From positions 1,889-65,888 of the forward strand of contig SCUK01000025.1 of assembly GCA_004297445.1 (NCBI GenBank): 64,000 nt of DNA. The letters are read 5' to 3'. Position 1 is the first letter of the stretch, and every line of letters begins with the position of its first letter. This document shows, piece after piece, positions 29,200 through 39,374 of the stretch. The DNA comes from Anaerolineae bacterium (lineage in GTDB: Bacteria; Chloroflexota; Anaerolineae; Anaerolineales; UBA11579). Below the pieces are notes generated by a model. That model did not search any database, was not told the origin of the DNA, and saw only the letters and a list, made by a program, of their open reading frames with translations. The translations under genes and the position numbers were made by a program.

Positions 29200-30846
29200 A
29201 TGCTCACCGCGCAACTCCATAAAGTCACCGTCCGACACAGCAGCCGCACCCTGTTCAAAGACCTGCTCTGGGACATCCACGATGACCGCGTCGTTGGTTT
29301 GATCGGCCCAAATGGCGCAGGCAAAAGCACTCTCCTGCGCCTGCTCACCGGCGAACTTTCACCGGATGATGGCAAAGTCATCACCCACAATTCTGCCCGT
29401 ATTGCCTACCTGCCCCAGGAACCAGACCTTAACGCCGATGCGATTTTGCTGGACGAAGTAAGCGCTGCGGCGGTGGAGTTGCACCACACCGAGCTCGCGC
29501 TGGCGCAAATGGAAGCCGACCTGGGCAACCCATTGACGTATGGCGATGAAAAAGCGCTCGCCCGCACCCTCGCCGAACAGGAAAAACTCCTCGCCCGGCT
29601 TGAGCGGCTCGGCGGTCTGAACTTCACCAGCCGCCTTGAAAGCACCCTGCTTGGGCTTGGTTTTTCCCGCGCGGACTTTTCACTCCCCATCTCCGCGTTA
29701 AGCGGCGGCCAGAAAAAACTGGCGGGATTGGCCAAACTCCTCATCACCCAACCGACTCTCCTTTTACTGGACGAGCCGGACAACCACCTTGACCTCGATG
29801 GCAAGTCCTTCCTTGAGCAGTTCATCCGCAGTTTCAAGGGTGGCGTCGTCATCATCTCGCATGACCGCTACTTGCTCGACCTCGTCGTGGATGAGATTGT
29901 CGAGCTCGAAGATGGTCGACTGACTGAATTTACCGGAACATATTCCGAATATGCCTACGAAAAAGAAATCCGTTTGCAGCGCCAGCAGCAAATGTTCCAG
30001 GTACAGCAGAAAGAAATCCGCCGGCTTGAACAGGCCGCCAACCGGTTGCTGACCTGGGGCCGCGTGTATGACAACGAAGACCTCGTCAAACGCGGAAAGT
30101 CGATTCTCAAGCGCATTGACCGGATTGAGCGAATTGACAAACCTGTACTGGAACGCCAGGCCATGCAACTCGACCTGGGCGGCTGGCGCGGCAGCAACAA
30201 GGTCCTTGAATTGACCTCGATAGTCAAAGCCTTTGACGGGGAACCCGTACTACAAGGGCTGAATCTGCTGGTGTGGCATGGGGAACGCACCGCCATTGTG
30301 GGGCCAAACGGGGCGGGCAAATCGGTTCTCTTCCGTCTGCTGCAGGGCCAGGAAACTGCCGACACCGGTGAACTCCGGGTCGGACCCAGCGTCAAGTTCG
30401 GTCATTACACCCAGGAACACGAAAGTTTGGACTACAACCGCACATTGGTCGACACCATTCGCTATGCAAAGGCGCTGACTGAAGACGCCGCCGTGGCTTT
30501 CCTCGGCAAATTCCTGTTCAGTTACGAACAGTCGCGGAGGCTCGTGCGCGACCTTTCCGGCGGGGAGCGCAGCCGCCTGCAACTTGCCCTGTTGATGCTC
30601 TCGCAGGCGAACTGCCTGCTGCTCGACGAACCGACCAACAACCTGGACATTCGTTCGGCCGAAGTGCTGGAGAACGCCATTGAAGAATTTGAGGGGACTG
30701 TACTGATCATTTCGCATGACCGCTATTTCCTGGACCGGGTGGCCAATCGGGTCGTTGAGTTACGGGACGGCGCGGCAGTTGAACACAGCGAAGGCTTTGC
30801 AGCCTATCTCGAAAACGTGTACGGCATTAAGCTATCGAAGGGCTGA
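29200..30846 (+). CDS. ABC-F family ATP-binding protein
   Basis: Two GPNGAGKS/T, LSGGQ and LSGGE, LLLDEP.N, ISHDRY; no TM segments. Confidence 0.93.
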   Translation: MLTAQLHKVTVRHSSRTLFKDLLWDIHDDRVVGLIGPNGAGKSTLLRLLTGELSPDDGKVITHNSARIAYLPQEPDLNADAILLDEVSAAAVELHHTELALAQMEADLGNPLTYGDEKALARTLAEQEKLLARLERLGGLNFTSRLESTLLGLGFSRADFSLPISALSGGQKKLAGLAKLLITQPTLLLLDEPDNHLDLDGKSFLEQFIRSFKGGVVIISHDRYLLDLVVDEIVELEDGRLTEFTGTYSEYAYEKEIRLQRQQQMFQVQQKEIRRLEQAANRLLTWGRVYDNEDLVKRGKSILKRIDRIERIDKPVLERQAMQLDLGGWRGSNKVLELTSIVKAFDGEPVLQGLNLLVWHGERTAIVGPNGAGKSVLFRLLQGQETADTGELRVGPSVKFGHYTQEHESLDYNRTLVDTIRYAKALTEDAAVAFLGKFLFSYEQSRRLVRDLSGGERSRLQLALLMLSQANCLLLDEPTNNLDIRSAEVLENAIEEFEGTVLIISHDRYFLDRVANRVVELRDGAAVEHSEGFAAYLENVYGIKLSKG

Positions 30847-30897
30847 ACGCCAACGGGCTGAACTCGGCAATACCCCTATCCGATGCGCTGATTACGA

Positions 30898-30925
30898 AAG
30901 AGGCCTCCCAAGTGGGAGGCCTCTT
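30898..30925. terminator. Hairpin terminator between convergent genes
   Basis: AAGAGGCCTCCC-AAGT-GGGAGGCCTCTT. Confidence 0.75.
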
Positions 30926-30951
30926 ATTACAGGTAACTTGTAGCGTTTTTC

Positions 30952-31992
30952 TCAGCCCTTCAGGAACGCTTCAAGGGCATCCTTGCTGATGCGCCAGGCC
31001 TTGCCGAGTTTCTTGCCCTTCAGGTCGCCGGCTTCCAATGCCGCAATGATGTCTTCCTCGGAAACCTTCAGCGCTAGCGCAGCCTCGGATGGAGTCATGA
31101 CATCCGGCAGTCCAGCAGCTGCCGCGGCGGCCTGCTGGCCACCCATCACGCCGCCCTGCAGGGCCTGCCCCATCACCTGGCCAATGCCCAACCCGGCGCC
31201 AATACCAGCCGTCAAGCCGGCTCCGCCGCCCTCGTTCTGAGCCGCGTCGCGCATCGCATCCGCCGCCTGAAGTTGGGTGTAGGTCGCCATGTCCAGCAGC
31301 CCCATCGAGCGCAGGTCTTCGGCGCTCGTCTTGGAAGGTGAAAGGTTGGCGATGACAAAAGACTTGAGCTGCAAACCACGCGCCTCAAAATCATCCTGCA
31401 CTTTGGCCCGCACCCCGGCGCCCAGTTCTTCCTGCATCGCCAGGATATCCTGCACCGTGTTGTACTTGCCCTTCATCTCTCCCAGCATATCGCTGAGCGA
31501 ACGCAGCAGGCGACTCTTCAGGTCATTCTCAATATCGTCTGTGCGGTACGAGCCCTGCTGGCCCACCACCTGGGTCACGAATTGCTGCGGGTCCTTGACT
31601 TCATACGCGTAGGTGCCAAAACCCTGCAAGAGCAGCCAGCCCAGGCCAATGCCCGGCGTCTGCATCGGAATCGGCTGCGGCGTGCCCCACTTGCGGTCAA
31701 GAAACTCGCGCATGGAGACGTAGTAGACCTCTGCCGTGAACGGCGTGCGGTCATTAAACGCCTTGCCGATGAAATCGACTACCTTGGGGATATTGGCTGT
31801 GGCAATCGTGTGCCGGCCGGCGGTGAACACATCCAGCGCCTGGCCATCGCGGAAGAAGACTGCCCGCTGGCTTTCGCGAACGATCACCTGTGAACCGATG
31901 CGGAAGTCGCCGGAACCGCTTTCAGGGAACCGGTGAACAAGCTCTTCGCGCATCTCATTCGGATATTCAATTACATCAAAGATTCTGGCCAT
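30952..31992 (-). CDS. SPFH/Band-7 (YdjI-like) protein with C-terminal excisionase-like HTH
   Basis: GSQVIVRESQRAVFFRDG, KWGTPQP; tail MTPSEAALALKVSE...G.LKG.K.GKAWRI. Confidence 0.82.
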   Translation of the reverse strand: MARIFDVIEYPNEMREELVHRFPESGSGDFRIGSQVIVRESQRAVFFRDGQALDVFTAGRHTIATANIPKVVDFIGKAFNDRTPFTAEVYYVSMREFLDRKWGTPQPIPMQTPGIGLGWLLLQGFGTYAYEVKDPQQFVTQVVGQQGSYRTDDIENDLKSRLLRSLSDMLGEMKGKYNTVQDILAMQEELGAGVRAKVQDDFEARGLQLKSFVIANLSPSKTSAEDLRSMGLLDMATYTQLQAADAMRDAAQNEGGGAGLTAGIGAGLGIGQVMGQALQGGVMGGQQAAAAAAGLPDVMTPSEAALALKVSEEDIIAALEAGDLKGKKLGKAWRISKDALEAFLKG

Positions 31993-32024
31993 GATAGTGA
32001 CTCCTCGTGTGAACTACTGACGGG

Positions 32025-32543
32025 CTACTGAACGCCCTTGACGACTTCATCGCGCTGGTCAAAGGTGCTGACCAGGTCTCGAGCCATCGACACCAGATGG
32101 CGCACTGCCGCCGGCAGCCCATCCGTACCTACGGAAGACTGCACGTTGTCAATGGCGCTGCCAATGCCGTCGGCCATGTCCAGCAGCGCGGCGTCAAACT
32201 CGTATATCTTCGCGAGTTCTTCCTCATTCACCTTCACCGCATCAAAGAAGGAGGAATACCCGCGCGCCGCATTCTGAATCTTGTCAATGAATGTTTGAAT
32301 CTTGGTCGCCGCAGTTTCGAGGTCGTCCAGCACAGCCAATTCGCCCGCGCTGGCAAATTCCTGCTGCAGTTCGCTCACCCGTTTCCACTGGTCGTGGAAT
32401 TTAAGAGCGATCGTCTCTCGCAACAGGGCATCGGCCGCCCGCCGGTTCTGCCGTTCAATGAATCCGTTGAAGCCGGGCACTTTGCTCAACAGTTTCTTCA
32501 GCGGGTCCTGGTCCGCTGTGACCTGATCCATCAAATCACTCAT
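32025..32543 (-). CDS. Conserved all-helical hypothetical protein
   Basis: ORF with AGGAGG RBS; VPGF.G..ERQNRRAADALLRE motif; upstream TGTATAAT. Confidence 0.7.
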   Translation of the reverse strand: MSDLMDQVTADQDPLKKLLSKVPGFNGFIERQNRRAADALLRETIALKFHDQWKRVSELQQEFASAGELAVLDDLETAATKIQTFIDKIQNAARGYSSFFDAVKVNEEELAKIYEFDAALLDMADGIGSAIDNVQSSVGTDGLPAAVRHLVSMARDLVSTFDQRDEVVKGVQ

Positions 32544-32773
32544 GATACGTCCTCCTGGGAACTTGAAAAGTCGAACGCGCCGGACATGGGCTTCAAGATT
32601 CGCCTCCATTATACATGAGGAGGCTACTATTAGTTACCAGACGTTGTGCGCGCATAGCATTCAATACGATACACCAATCCTTCGGTTGCAGCCATAATAC
32701 TTTCTATGAGACTGGTAAAATTATCCGAAAGCCCCTAACTGTATCGCCGCCAGGCAGGCAAGCGAGGAAACCG

Positions 32774-34198
32774 ATGAACCAACAGGAATTTAACGGGCTG
32801 AACGCCCTGGTAGAGAACAGTCTCCAACTCCACGATGACCATGTTCATGTTACCGATGAGCCCAAACTTCGCACCCACATCCGGAAGCTGGCCAGGGCAG
32901 CAGCCCTGGAAACCGGCAAGACCGCTGCCCTGGCCCGCTGGCTGATTCGGCAGACCGCCGGGTCGCTCGGCATTCATCCGGCCAGCATTCATGACCTCTA
33001 CATGGCCCGGGGTCGGGGCGAGGTACCGGCAAATTTCACCGTCCCGGCAATGAACCTCCGCATCCTCACGTTTGATGCCGCCTCCGCCATCTTCCGCAAC
33101 ACTCTCAAGATAAATGCGGGCGCTTTCATTTTTGAAATCGCCCGGTCGGAGATTTCCTATTCCTCCCAGCGCCCTTCTGAATACTCCGCCAGCATCCTGG
33201 CCGCAGCTATTGCCGAAGGTTACCGCGGACCGGTATTCATTCAGGGCGACCACTTCCAAATTTCGGCCAATCGGTACAAGGCAAATGCGGAAACGGAAGT
33301 CCAGGGAGTCAAAGACCTGACTGCGGAAGCCATTGCCGCGGGCTTCTTTAATATTGATGTAGATACATCCACACTCGTGGATCTTGACCAACCCACGGTA
33401 CCGGAACAACAGGCGCTGAACAGCCGTCTGTCTGCCGAAATGACTGCTTACATCCGCTCGCTGGAGCCGGGCAGTATTACGGTCTCAGTGGGTGGTGAAA
33501 TTGGCGAGGTGGGCGGCCGCAACTCGAACGAAGCCGAACTGCGCGCCTACACCGAAGGCTATAACACAATGCTGGCTAACCTCGCCCCGGGCAAACCCGG
33601 CTTGAGCAAAATCAGCATCCAGACCGGAACCTCCCACGGTGGCGTGGTGCTGGCCGACGGCTCGATCGCTGAGGTCAGTGTGGACTTTGCCACGATGCTA
33701 TCTCTCAGCCGCATCGCCCGCCTTGAATATGGTATGGCCGGCGCCGTTCAACACGGCGCTTCCACCCTGCCGCAAGACGCTTTTGGGAAGTTCGTAGAAC
33801 ACGAAGCCTGCGAAGTCCACCTGGCGACTAATTTTCAGAACATCTTCTTCGACCTTGCGCCAAAGACGCTTCTAAATGAAATGTACGCTTTTCTTGACCA
33901 GAACCACGCCAACGAGAAGAAAGAGGGCATGACCGCTGAACAGTTCTATTACAAGACGCGTAAGAATGCCATCGGCGTATTCAAGGCGCATCAATGGGAC
34001 CTGCCCGCCGAAGATCTCGCAAAGATTACCCAGGCCTGGGACTCGCAGTTCGCAATGCTTTTTGAACGCCTGAATATCAAGGACACCAAGCCGCATGTCC
34101 GGCACGTCCTGGTGGCGCCAGTTGCGCCGGATTTGAAGGCCTACCTCGCTGCCGCCGGTGTCACTGGCGACTCAAACACCTCTGACCTCTCAGACTGA
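32774..34198 (+). CDS. Class II (metal) fructose-bisphosphate aldolase-family protein
   Basis: VPAMN, QGDH, GGEIGEVG, GTSHG, VQHGAS, HLAT. Confidence 0.82.
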   Translation: MNQQEFNGLNALVENSLQLHDDHVHVTDEPKLRTHIRKLARAAALETGKTAALARWLIRQTAGSLGIHPASIHDLYMARGRGEVPANFTVPAMNLRILTFDAASAIFRNTLKINAGAFIFEIARSEISYSSQRPSEYSASILAAAIAEGYRGPVFIQGDHFQISANRYKANAETEVQGVKDLTAEAIAAGFFNIDVDTSTLVDLDQPTVPEQQALNSRLSAEMTAYIRSLEPGSITVSVGGEIGEVGGRNSNEAELRAYTEGYNTMLANLAPGKPGLSKISIQTGTSHGGVVLADGSIAEVSVDFATMLSLSRIARLEYGMAGAVQHGASTLPQDAFGKFVEHEACEVHLATNFQNIFFDLAPKTLLNEMYAFLDQNHANEKKEGMTAEQFYYKTRKNAIGVFKAHQWDLPAEDLAKITQAWDSQFAMLFERLNIKDTKPHVRHVLVAPVAPDLKAYLAAAGVTGDSNTSDLSD

Positions 34199-34701
34199 TG
34201 CCGGCCAGCGACCAGGGAGTATTTCCCGACCGATACCAGATCATCCCGCGCGTCTTGGTCTTCGCTATCGATGATGGGCGCGTCCTCTTGCTCAAAGGCG
34301 CGCCTGCGAAACGCCTTTGGGCCAATCAAAACAATGGCGTGGGTGGGCACATTGAACAAGGCGAAAGCGTGATGGCCGCCGCCCGCCGCGAATTTCAAGA
34401 AGAAACCGGGCTGGAACTTTCTTCGGCGCATCTTGCAGCAGTGGTGATGATTGATACTGGCGAACCAATCGGGATTAGCATGCACGTCTTCCAGGCCACG
34501 GCTCAGCCAGGGGAGCTCAAGCCGAGCGCAGAAGGAACTCTGGAATGGGTGCCATTTGAAGAGATCTTCAACCGTCCACTTGTTGAGGACCTGCCCAAAT
34601 TGCTCCCGATAGTACTAAATTGGCATCCGGGCGAGCCACCAATTTTCGCAAAATACTCGTATAATAAATCACAAGAATTACACATTCTATGGAACGAATA
34701 A
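34198..34701 (+). CDS. NUDIX hydrolase (MutT-like)
   Basis: GGHIEQGESVMAAARREFQEETGL Nudix box. Confidence 0.92.
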   Translation: MPASDQGVFPDRYQIIPRVLVFAIDDGRVLLLKGAPAKRLWANQNNGVGGHIEQGESVMAAARREFQEETGLELSSAHLAAVVMIDTGEPIGISMHVFQATAQPGELKPSAEGTLEWVPFEEIFNRPLVEDLPKLLPIVLNWHPGEPPIFAKYSYNKSQELHILWNE

Positions 34702-34727
34702 ACCAGGTAGTACCAAAAGGTGGGATC

Positions 34728-35078
34728 ATGGAACCGACGACCAAACCATCGGCGGGCGCATATCTGTTGTTTAACGCTCAGGTCATCCCAATTCACAAAG
34801 ACATCACCACGCTGGGCAGGCTCCTCGAAAACGATGTGGTCCTCAACGACCCTGGAGTTTCCCGATTCCATGCCGAGATTCATTGGATTGACGGGCAATA
34901 CACATTAGTAGACAAAGACTCGACAGGGGGAACGTTTCTGAACAACAAAAAGGTTTCCCGCGCCGTCCTTTATTCCGGTGACTTGATTTCGCTCGCTGGC
35001 CTGCCAGTCATGTTCGTGGTGGACAGCGCCAAACTAAGCAAACAAACCGAGGATACAACCGGCGGGCTCGACAAGTAG
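34728..35078 (+). CDS. Stand-alone FHA domain protein
   Basis: LGR..ENDVVL.DPGVSRFHA, DKDSTGGTFLN. Confidence 0.9.
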   Translation: MEPTTKPSAGAYLLFNAQVIPIHKDITTLGRLLENDVVLNDPGVSRFHAEIHWIDGQYTLVDKDSTGGTFLNNKKVSRAVLYSGDLISLAGLPVMFVVDSAKLSKQTEDTTGGLDK

Positions 35079-35098
35079 TCAGGACGACTTCAAATAGC

Positions 35099-35129
35099 AA
35101 AACGAGGCGCTTGCGGCGCCTCGTTTTTT
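35099..35129. terminator. Bidirectional intrinsic terminator
   Basis: AAAACGAGGCGC-TTGCG-GCGCCTCGTTTTTT. Confidence 0.85.
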
Positions 35130-35144
35130 GTAAGTGAATTCGTC

Positions 35145-36011
35145 CTATTCCGCCAGGATCTCGGCGATTTGTTCCGGGTGGTCAGCGACGCGGATACCGG
35201 CCTTTTCCAGCGCCTTCACCTTTTCCGCTGCGGTGCCCTCGCCGCCCTCCACGATCGCACCGGCATGCCCCATACGCTTCCCAGGAGGCGCGGTCTTCCC
35301 CGCGATAAATCCGACGACTTGCTTGGTCATGTTCTTGCTGACAAAGTCAGCCGCCTTCTCCTCGTCCGTTCCGCCGATCTCCCCAATCAGGACGACGCGT
35401 TCAGTCTGGGGATCCGCCTGAAACAAGCGCAGGCAATCAATGAAGTTGGTCCCGTTCACCGGGTCCCCGCCAATGCCCACGCAGGTGCTTGCCCCCATGC
35501 CGCGTTCCTTGAGCGCATACAACACTTCATAGGTCAACGTACCCGAGCGCGATACCACACCAATATTGCCGGGAATGGCGATATCGCCGGGGATAATTCC
35601 GACCTTGGCCTCTCCCGGTGTCAGCAAACCAGGGCAGTTCGGCCCCAATAACCGGATGGCTTTCTGATCATAATAGGCTCTGACGACCATCATGTCCTGC
35701 ACCGGGATGTGTTCTGTCAGACACACAACGAAATCCACTCCGGAATCGGCGGCTTCCAACATGGCATCTTTAGCGCCCTTGGCTGGCACAAAGATAATGC
35801 TGGTATTCGCGCCGGTGGCTTCCACCGCCACCTTCACCGAGTCAAACACCGGTACTTTGCCATCCAGAACCCACTCGCCGCCCTTCCCGGGGCGGGTTCC
35901 AGCAACTACCTGCGTGCCATAATTTAGCATCTGCTCGGTGTGAAACAACCCCTCGCGCCCGGTAATGCCCTGCACCACCAGGCGGGTGCTCTTGTCTGCG
36001 AGGATACTCAT
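35145..36011 (-). CDS. sucD: Succinyl-CoA ligase alpha subunit
   Basis: [34 protein letters not shown]. Confidence 0.96.
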   Translation of the reverse strand: MSILADKSTRLVVQGITGREGLFHTEQMLNYGTQVVAGTRPGKGGEWVLDGKVPVFDSVKVAVEATGANTSIIFVPAKGAKDAMLEAADSGVDFVVCLTEHIPVQDMMVVRAYYDQKAIRLLGPNCPGLLTPGEAKVGIIPGDIAIPGNIGVVSRSGTLTYEVLYALKERGMGASTCVGIGGDPVNGTNFIDCLRLFQADPQTERVVLIGEIGGTDEEKAADFVSKNMTKQVVGFIAGKTAPPGKRMGHAGAIVEGGEGTAAEKVKALEKAGIRVADHPEQIAEILAE

Positions 36012-37153
36012 GAGGACAATTCTCCCTTGGCAGCAGCCACGGCTTTTTGCGCCGCCTCTGCTAGCGATTCAGCAGTAATCATGTCAGCCCCGGCCAGCAT
36101 CGCCCGACCTTCCGCCGCGTTGGTGCCGGCCAACCGGACAATCAAGGGCACGCTCGGCTTGACCTCTTTCAGGGCCGCCAGGATACCTTCGGCCACTACA
36201 TCCCCGCGGGTAATGCCGCCAAAGATGTTGAACAGCACCGCTTTTACATTCGGGTCTTTGAGGATGATGCGGATGGCCGCCGCGACCTTCTCGGCCGTCG
36301 CGCCGCCGCCAATGTCCAGGAAGTTCGCCGGTTCGCCGCCAAAATGCTTGATGATGTCCATCGTCGCCATCGCCAGCCCGGCACCGTTCACCATGCAGCC
36401 GATTTCACCTTCCAGCTTGATGTACGTCAGGCCAAATTTATTAGCCTCTGTCTCGCTTTCGGCTTCCACGTCCAGGTCACGCTTCTCGGCCAGTTCGGTC
36501 TGCCGGTACAGCGCGTTGTCATCGATGATCATCTTGCCGTCAATCGCCGCCAAATGGCCGTTAGCCTGAATGATGAGAGGGTTAATTTCCGCCAGAGTGG
36601 CATCTGATTTCCGGTAAGCGTTCCATAACCCCTGACACACCACGTTGAACTCTGCCCACTGCTCTTTGGGCAACTCGATGCCGAGGGCCAGGTCCAAAAT
36701 CTGGTAATCCTGCAAACCCAGCAGGGGGTCAATATGAACCTTGATGATTTTTTCCGGCGTCTTGGCCGCAACCTCTTCAATGTCCACGCCCCCTGCCGCC
36801 GAGCCCATTAACACCGGGCGGCGCGCGCCGCGGTCATTGGTGATACCCAGATAGATTTCGGACTGGATGTCGGCCGCCGGGTCCACCAGCACCTTGCGCA
36901 CCGGCAGGCCCTTTATTGTCATCGTCAGGATTTCGCCGGCCACCTTCTCGGCTTCCTCGGCGTCCTTTGCCAGCTTGATTCCGCCGGCCTTGCCGCGCCC
37001 GCCCACCAGCACCTGGGACTTCACCACCACCCGCCCCCCCAATTCGTTGGCGATTTCCCGCGCTTCCGCCGGGGTCGAGGCCACCCGTCCCTTGGGAACG
37101 GGGATGCCGTACTGGGCAAATATCTGTTTGGATTGGTATTCGTGGAGTTTCAT
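36008..37153 (-). CDS. sucC: Succinyl-CoA ligase beta subunit
   Basis: [39 protein letters not shown]. Confidence 0.96.
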   Translation of the reverse strand: MKLHEYQSKQIFAQYGIPVPKGRVASTPAEAREIANELGGRVVVKSQVLVGGRGKAGGIKLAKDAEEAEKVAGEILTMTIKGLPVRKVLVDPAADIQSEIYLGITNDRGARRPVLMGSAAGGVDIEEVAAKTPEKIIKVHIDPLLGLQDYQILDLALGIELPKEQWAEFNVVCQGLWNAYRKSDATLAEINPLIIQANGHLAAIDGKMIIDDNALYRQTELAEKRDLDVEAESETEANKFGLTYIKLEGEIGCMVNGAGLAMATMDIIKHFGGEPANFLDIGGGATAEKVAAAIRIILKDPNVKAVLFNIFGGITRGDVVAEGILAALKEVKPSVPLIVRLAGTNAAEGRAMLAGADMITAESLAEAAQKAVAAAKGELSS

Positions 37154-37260
37154 GCACCCATCTCAATGTGGATTTTGGCCGCGTACGGCCAATCAGTTAC
37201 ACAGGCGGCACGATTATACCACCCGCCCTTTAGCCCCCCGCAGGGACGCAGGCCAGGCCA

Positions 37261-37311
37261 AATATTCGGACAAAATTGATACTTGAAATGCGAAAATTAT
37301 GTCCCTATAAT
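37261..37311 (+). promoter_or_regulatory. Promoter of paralog 1 with upstream AATATTCGGAC motif
   Basis: AATATTCGGAC 37261; TTGAAA 37283, 17 nt, TATAAT 37306. Confidence 0.7.
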
Positions 37312-37368
37312 GGATAAGGCCCAAACTGCATCAAATTCGTTCTCAAGATAAGAAGGAGGAACAACGCC

Positions 37369-38232
37369 ATGAAATCCGGATTCGCGTTTAAGGGTTTGCG
37401 AACCTTGGCTGCAGCGGTCCTGCTTTCTACATTTACTCTCTCCACCGCCCTGGCCGGCGATGATGCCCAGACGATTTGCGAAGGAAACGGCGGCTATTGG
37501 GAAGCAAATCCGGACGCCTCCTCTGGTACATGCCGGTACTCGCCGGATGACCTGCCAAACGATTGTCCTGAACCACTCGTGCGAACGGAATTTTGGGTCT
37601 CCGATACCCTTGATTCTTTTGTTTGCGATGACATCCCCCCATCCAGTGTCCATGACGAAGTTATCTGCGCACTTATTGGCGGGACCTGGGATGAGAGCGG
37701 TGACCCGTGGACCTGTACTGTGACCCACACCGCGTTCGGCGACTGTCCGGGGACGACGATTTACCAATATGAAACCGGCACTGCTGACTACCTCGGCTAT
37801 GAGTGCGTAGGCGGTGAGGGTGGCAACGGCGGTGGCGGGCAACCCACCACTGTTCTGCGCAACCCCGGTTACAGCAAGCACGGCGGCAAGATTAAGGACG
37901 ATTCTGCCGGCAGCACCCATCTCGGCGGCAGCAAGAACGGCTCGTTCTACTACAACGAAGGCACCTGCACAGAAGGCTGCATCTTCACACCCAACCTGCC
38001 CGCCGGCGCAGCCGCCAGCCTGCCCTCGGATGCCGTCGCCACCCTCTACATCCGCCTCGCCGATGGCGGCACCGGTTCCTACACAGTTTGCTTTGATGCC
38101 ACCGGCATCTCCAGCCCGGTCATCTATCAGGTTATCAGCGGCGTATGGGTCGCGATCCCCACCTTCTCGTCCGGCGGCCAGATTTGCGCCACTGCCAGCG
38201 GGGACGGCGCTTTCGCCCTGGGCGGCAGTTAG
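37369..38232 (+). CDS. Secreted 12-Cys protein, tandem paralog 1
   Basis: AAGGAGG RBS; signal peptide ending ALA; two CxxxGGxW units; conserved C-terminal domain ending GDGAFAL. Confidence 0.85.
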   Translation: MKSGFAFKGLRTLAAAVLLSTFTLSTALAGDDAQTICEGNGGYWEANPDASSGTCRYSPDDLPNDCPEPLVRTEFWVSDTLDSFVCDDIPPSSVHDEVICALIGGTWDESGDPWTCTVTHTAFGDCPGTTIYQYETGTADYLGYECVGGEGGNGGGGQPTTVLRNPGYSKHGGKIKDDSAGSTHLGGSKNGSFYYNEGTCTEGCIFTPNLPAGAAASLPSDAVATLYIRLADGGTGSYTVCFDATGISSPVIYQVISGVWVAIPTFSSGGQICATASGDGAFALGGS

Positions 38233-38236
38233 CGCC
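37822..38236 (+). repeat. 415-bp direct repeat, copy 1 (copy 2 at 38903-39317)
   Basis: Manual alignment shows about 15 mismatches and no indels. Confidence 0.92.
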
Positions 38237-38270
38237 AAACAGCATCGAGAACAGAACACTTGGAGGTCCC

Positions 38271-38305
38271 GAGACCCCCGATTTCTTAGAGAAATCGGGG
38301 GTCTC
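38271..38305. repeat. Perfect palindrome (REP-like or terminator)
   Basis: GAGACCCCCGATTTCT-TAG-AGAAATCGGGGGTCTC; shares its core with 54905-54937. Confidence 0.75.
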
Positions 38306-38331
38306 TTTCTTTCACGGAGAAACGCCGACCC

Positions 38332-38381
38332 AATATTCGGACTAATTTGGTGATTGAACTTTGAATAAAGCCTTTTATAAT
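38332..38381 (+). promoter_or_regulatory. Promoter of paralog 2 with the same upstream motif
   Basis: AATATTCGGAC 38332; TTGAAC 38354, 16 nt, TATAAT 38376. Confidence 0.7.
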
Positions 38382-38437
38382 TGAACAATAAAGGTTGTGC
38401 CAATTATTCACTACCCCAACTATGAGGAGAAATACCC

Positions 38438-39313
38438 ATGAATACCTTGACCACCCGTATGGGAATACGGGCGTTACTTACGGCCATCCTCCTCACCGGC
38501 CTACTGGCAACAGCGGCCCTTGCCGGGGATGATGCCCAGACGATTTGCGAAGGGAATGGCGGCAGTTGGGTTTCATCTCCCGACGCCTCCAACGGGGTAT
38601 GCGTCTACTCGCCGGATGACCCGCCATACGATTGTGTCGAGCCATTCTTGCACGAAGAAGTTTGGACCGCCGATTCCTTTGATTTTGAACAATGCGTTGA
38701 CTTCCGTCCATTTGATGTCAATCAGGTCGATACCTGCGCTTGGATTGGCGGGACCTGGGACCAGAGCGGTGACCCATGGACCTGCACAGTGACCCACACC
38801 GCGTTCGGCGACTGTCCGGGGACGACCATATACCTGTATCAAACGTCCACCAGCGATTACATCGGCTTTGAATGTGCCGGCGACGGCACGGGAGATGGCG
38901 GCGGCAACGGCGGTGGCGGGCAACCCACCACTGTTCTGCGCAACCCCGGCTACAGCAAGCACGGCGGCAAGATTAAGGACGATTCTGCCGGCAGCACCCA
39001 TCTCGGCGGCAGCAAGAACGGCTCGTTCTACTACAGCGAAGGCACCTGCACAGAAGGCTGCATCTTTACCCCCAACCTGCCCGCCGGCGCGGCCGCCACT
39101 CTGCCGGCTGATGCCGTCGCCACCCTCTACATTCGCCTCGCCGATGGCGGCACCGGTTCCTACACAGTCTGCTTTGATGCCACCGGAATCTCCAGCCCGG
39201 TCATCTATCAGGTTATCAGCGGCGTATGGGTCGCGATCCCCACCTTCTCGTCCGGCGGCCAGATTTGCGCCACCGCCAGCGGGGACGGCGCTTTCGCCCT
39301 CGGCGGCAGTTAG
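38438..39313 (+). CDS. Secreted 12-Cys protein, tandem paralog 2
   Basis: GAGGAG RBS; signal peptide; same Cys framework as paralog 1. Confidence 0.85.
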   Translation: MNTLTTRMGIRALLTAILLTGLLATAALAGDDAQTICEGNGGSWVSSPDASNGVCVYSPDDPPYDCVEPFLHEEVWTADSFDFEQCVDFRPFDVNQVDTCAWIGGTWDQSGDPWTCTVTHTAFGDCPGTTIYLYQTSTSDYIGFECAGDGTGDGGGNGGGGQPTTVLRNPGYSKHGGKIKDDSAGSTHLGGSKNGSFYYSEGTCTEGCIFTPNLPAGAAATLPADAVATLYIRLADGGTGSYTVCFDATGISSPVIYQVISGVWVAIPTFSSGGQICATASGDGAFALGGS

Positions 39314-39317
39314 CGCC
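38903..39317 (+). repeat. 415-bp direct repeat, copy 2
   Basis: Near-identical to 37822-38236. Confidence 0.92.
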
Positions 39318-39337
39318 CCATAATCAAATTTATCACC

Positions 39338-39374
39338 TTGAAAGGCGTGGCTGCAATCTGGCCACGCCTTTCAA
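39338..39374 (+). terminator. Hairpin after paralog 2
   Basis: TTGAAAGGCGTGGC-TGCAATCTG-GCCACGCCTTTCAA. Confidence 0.7.

Noticed and set aside
29200-30846. Antibiotic-resistance (ARE) ABC-F call
   Set aside because: Subfamily cannot be assigned by eye and no leader or attenuator is evident
37369-39317. Diversity-generating retroelement TR/VR pair
   Set aside because: Mismatches between copies are not adenine-specific, both copies are coding, and no reverse transcriptase is in the window
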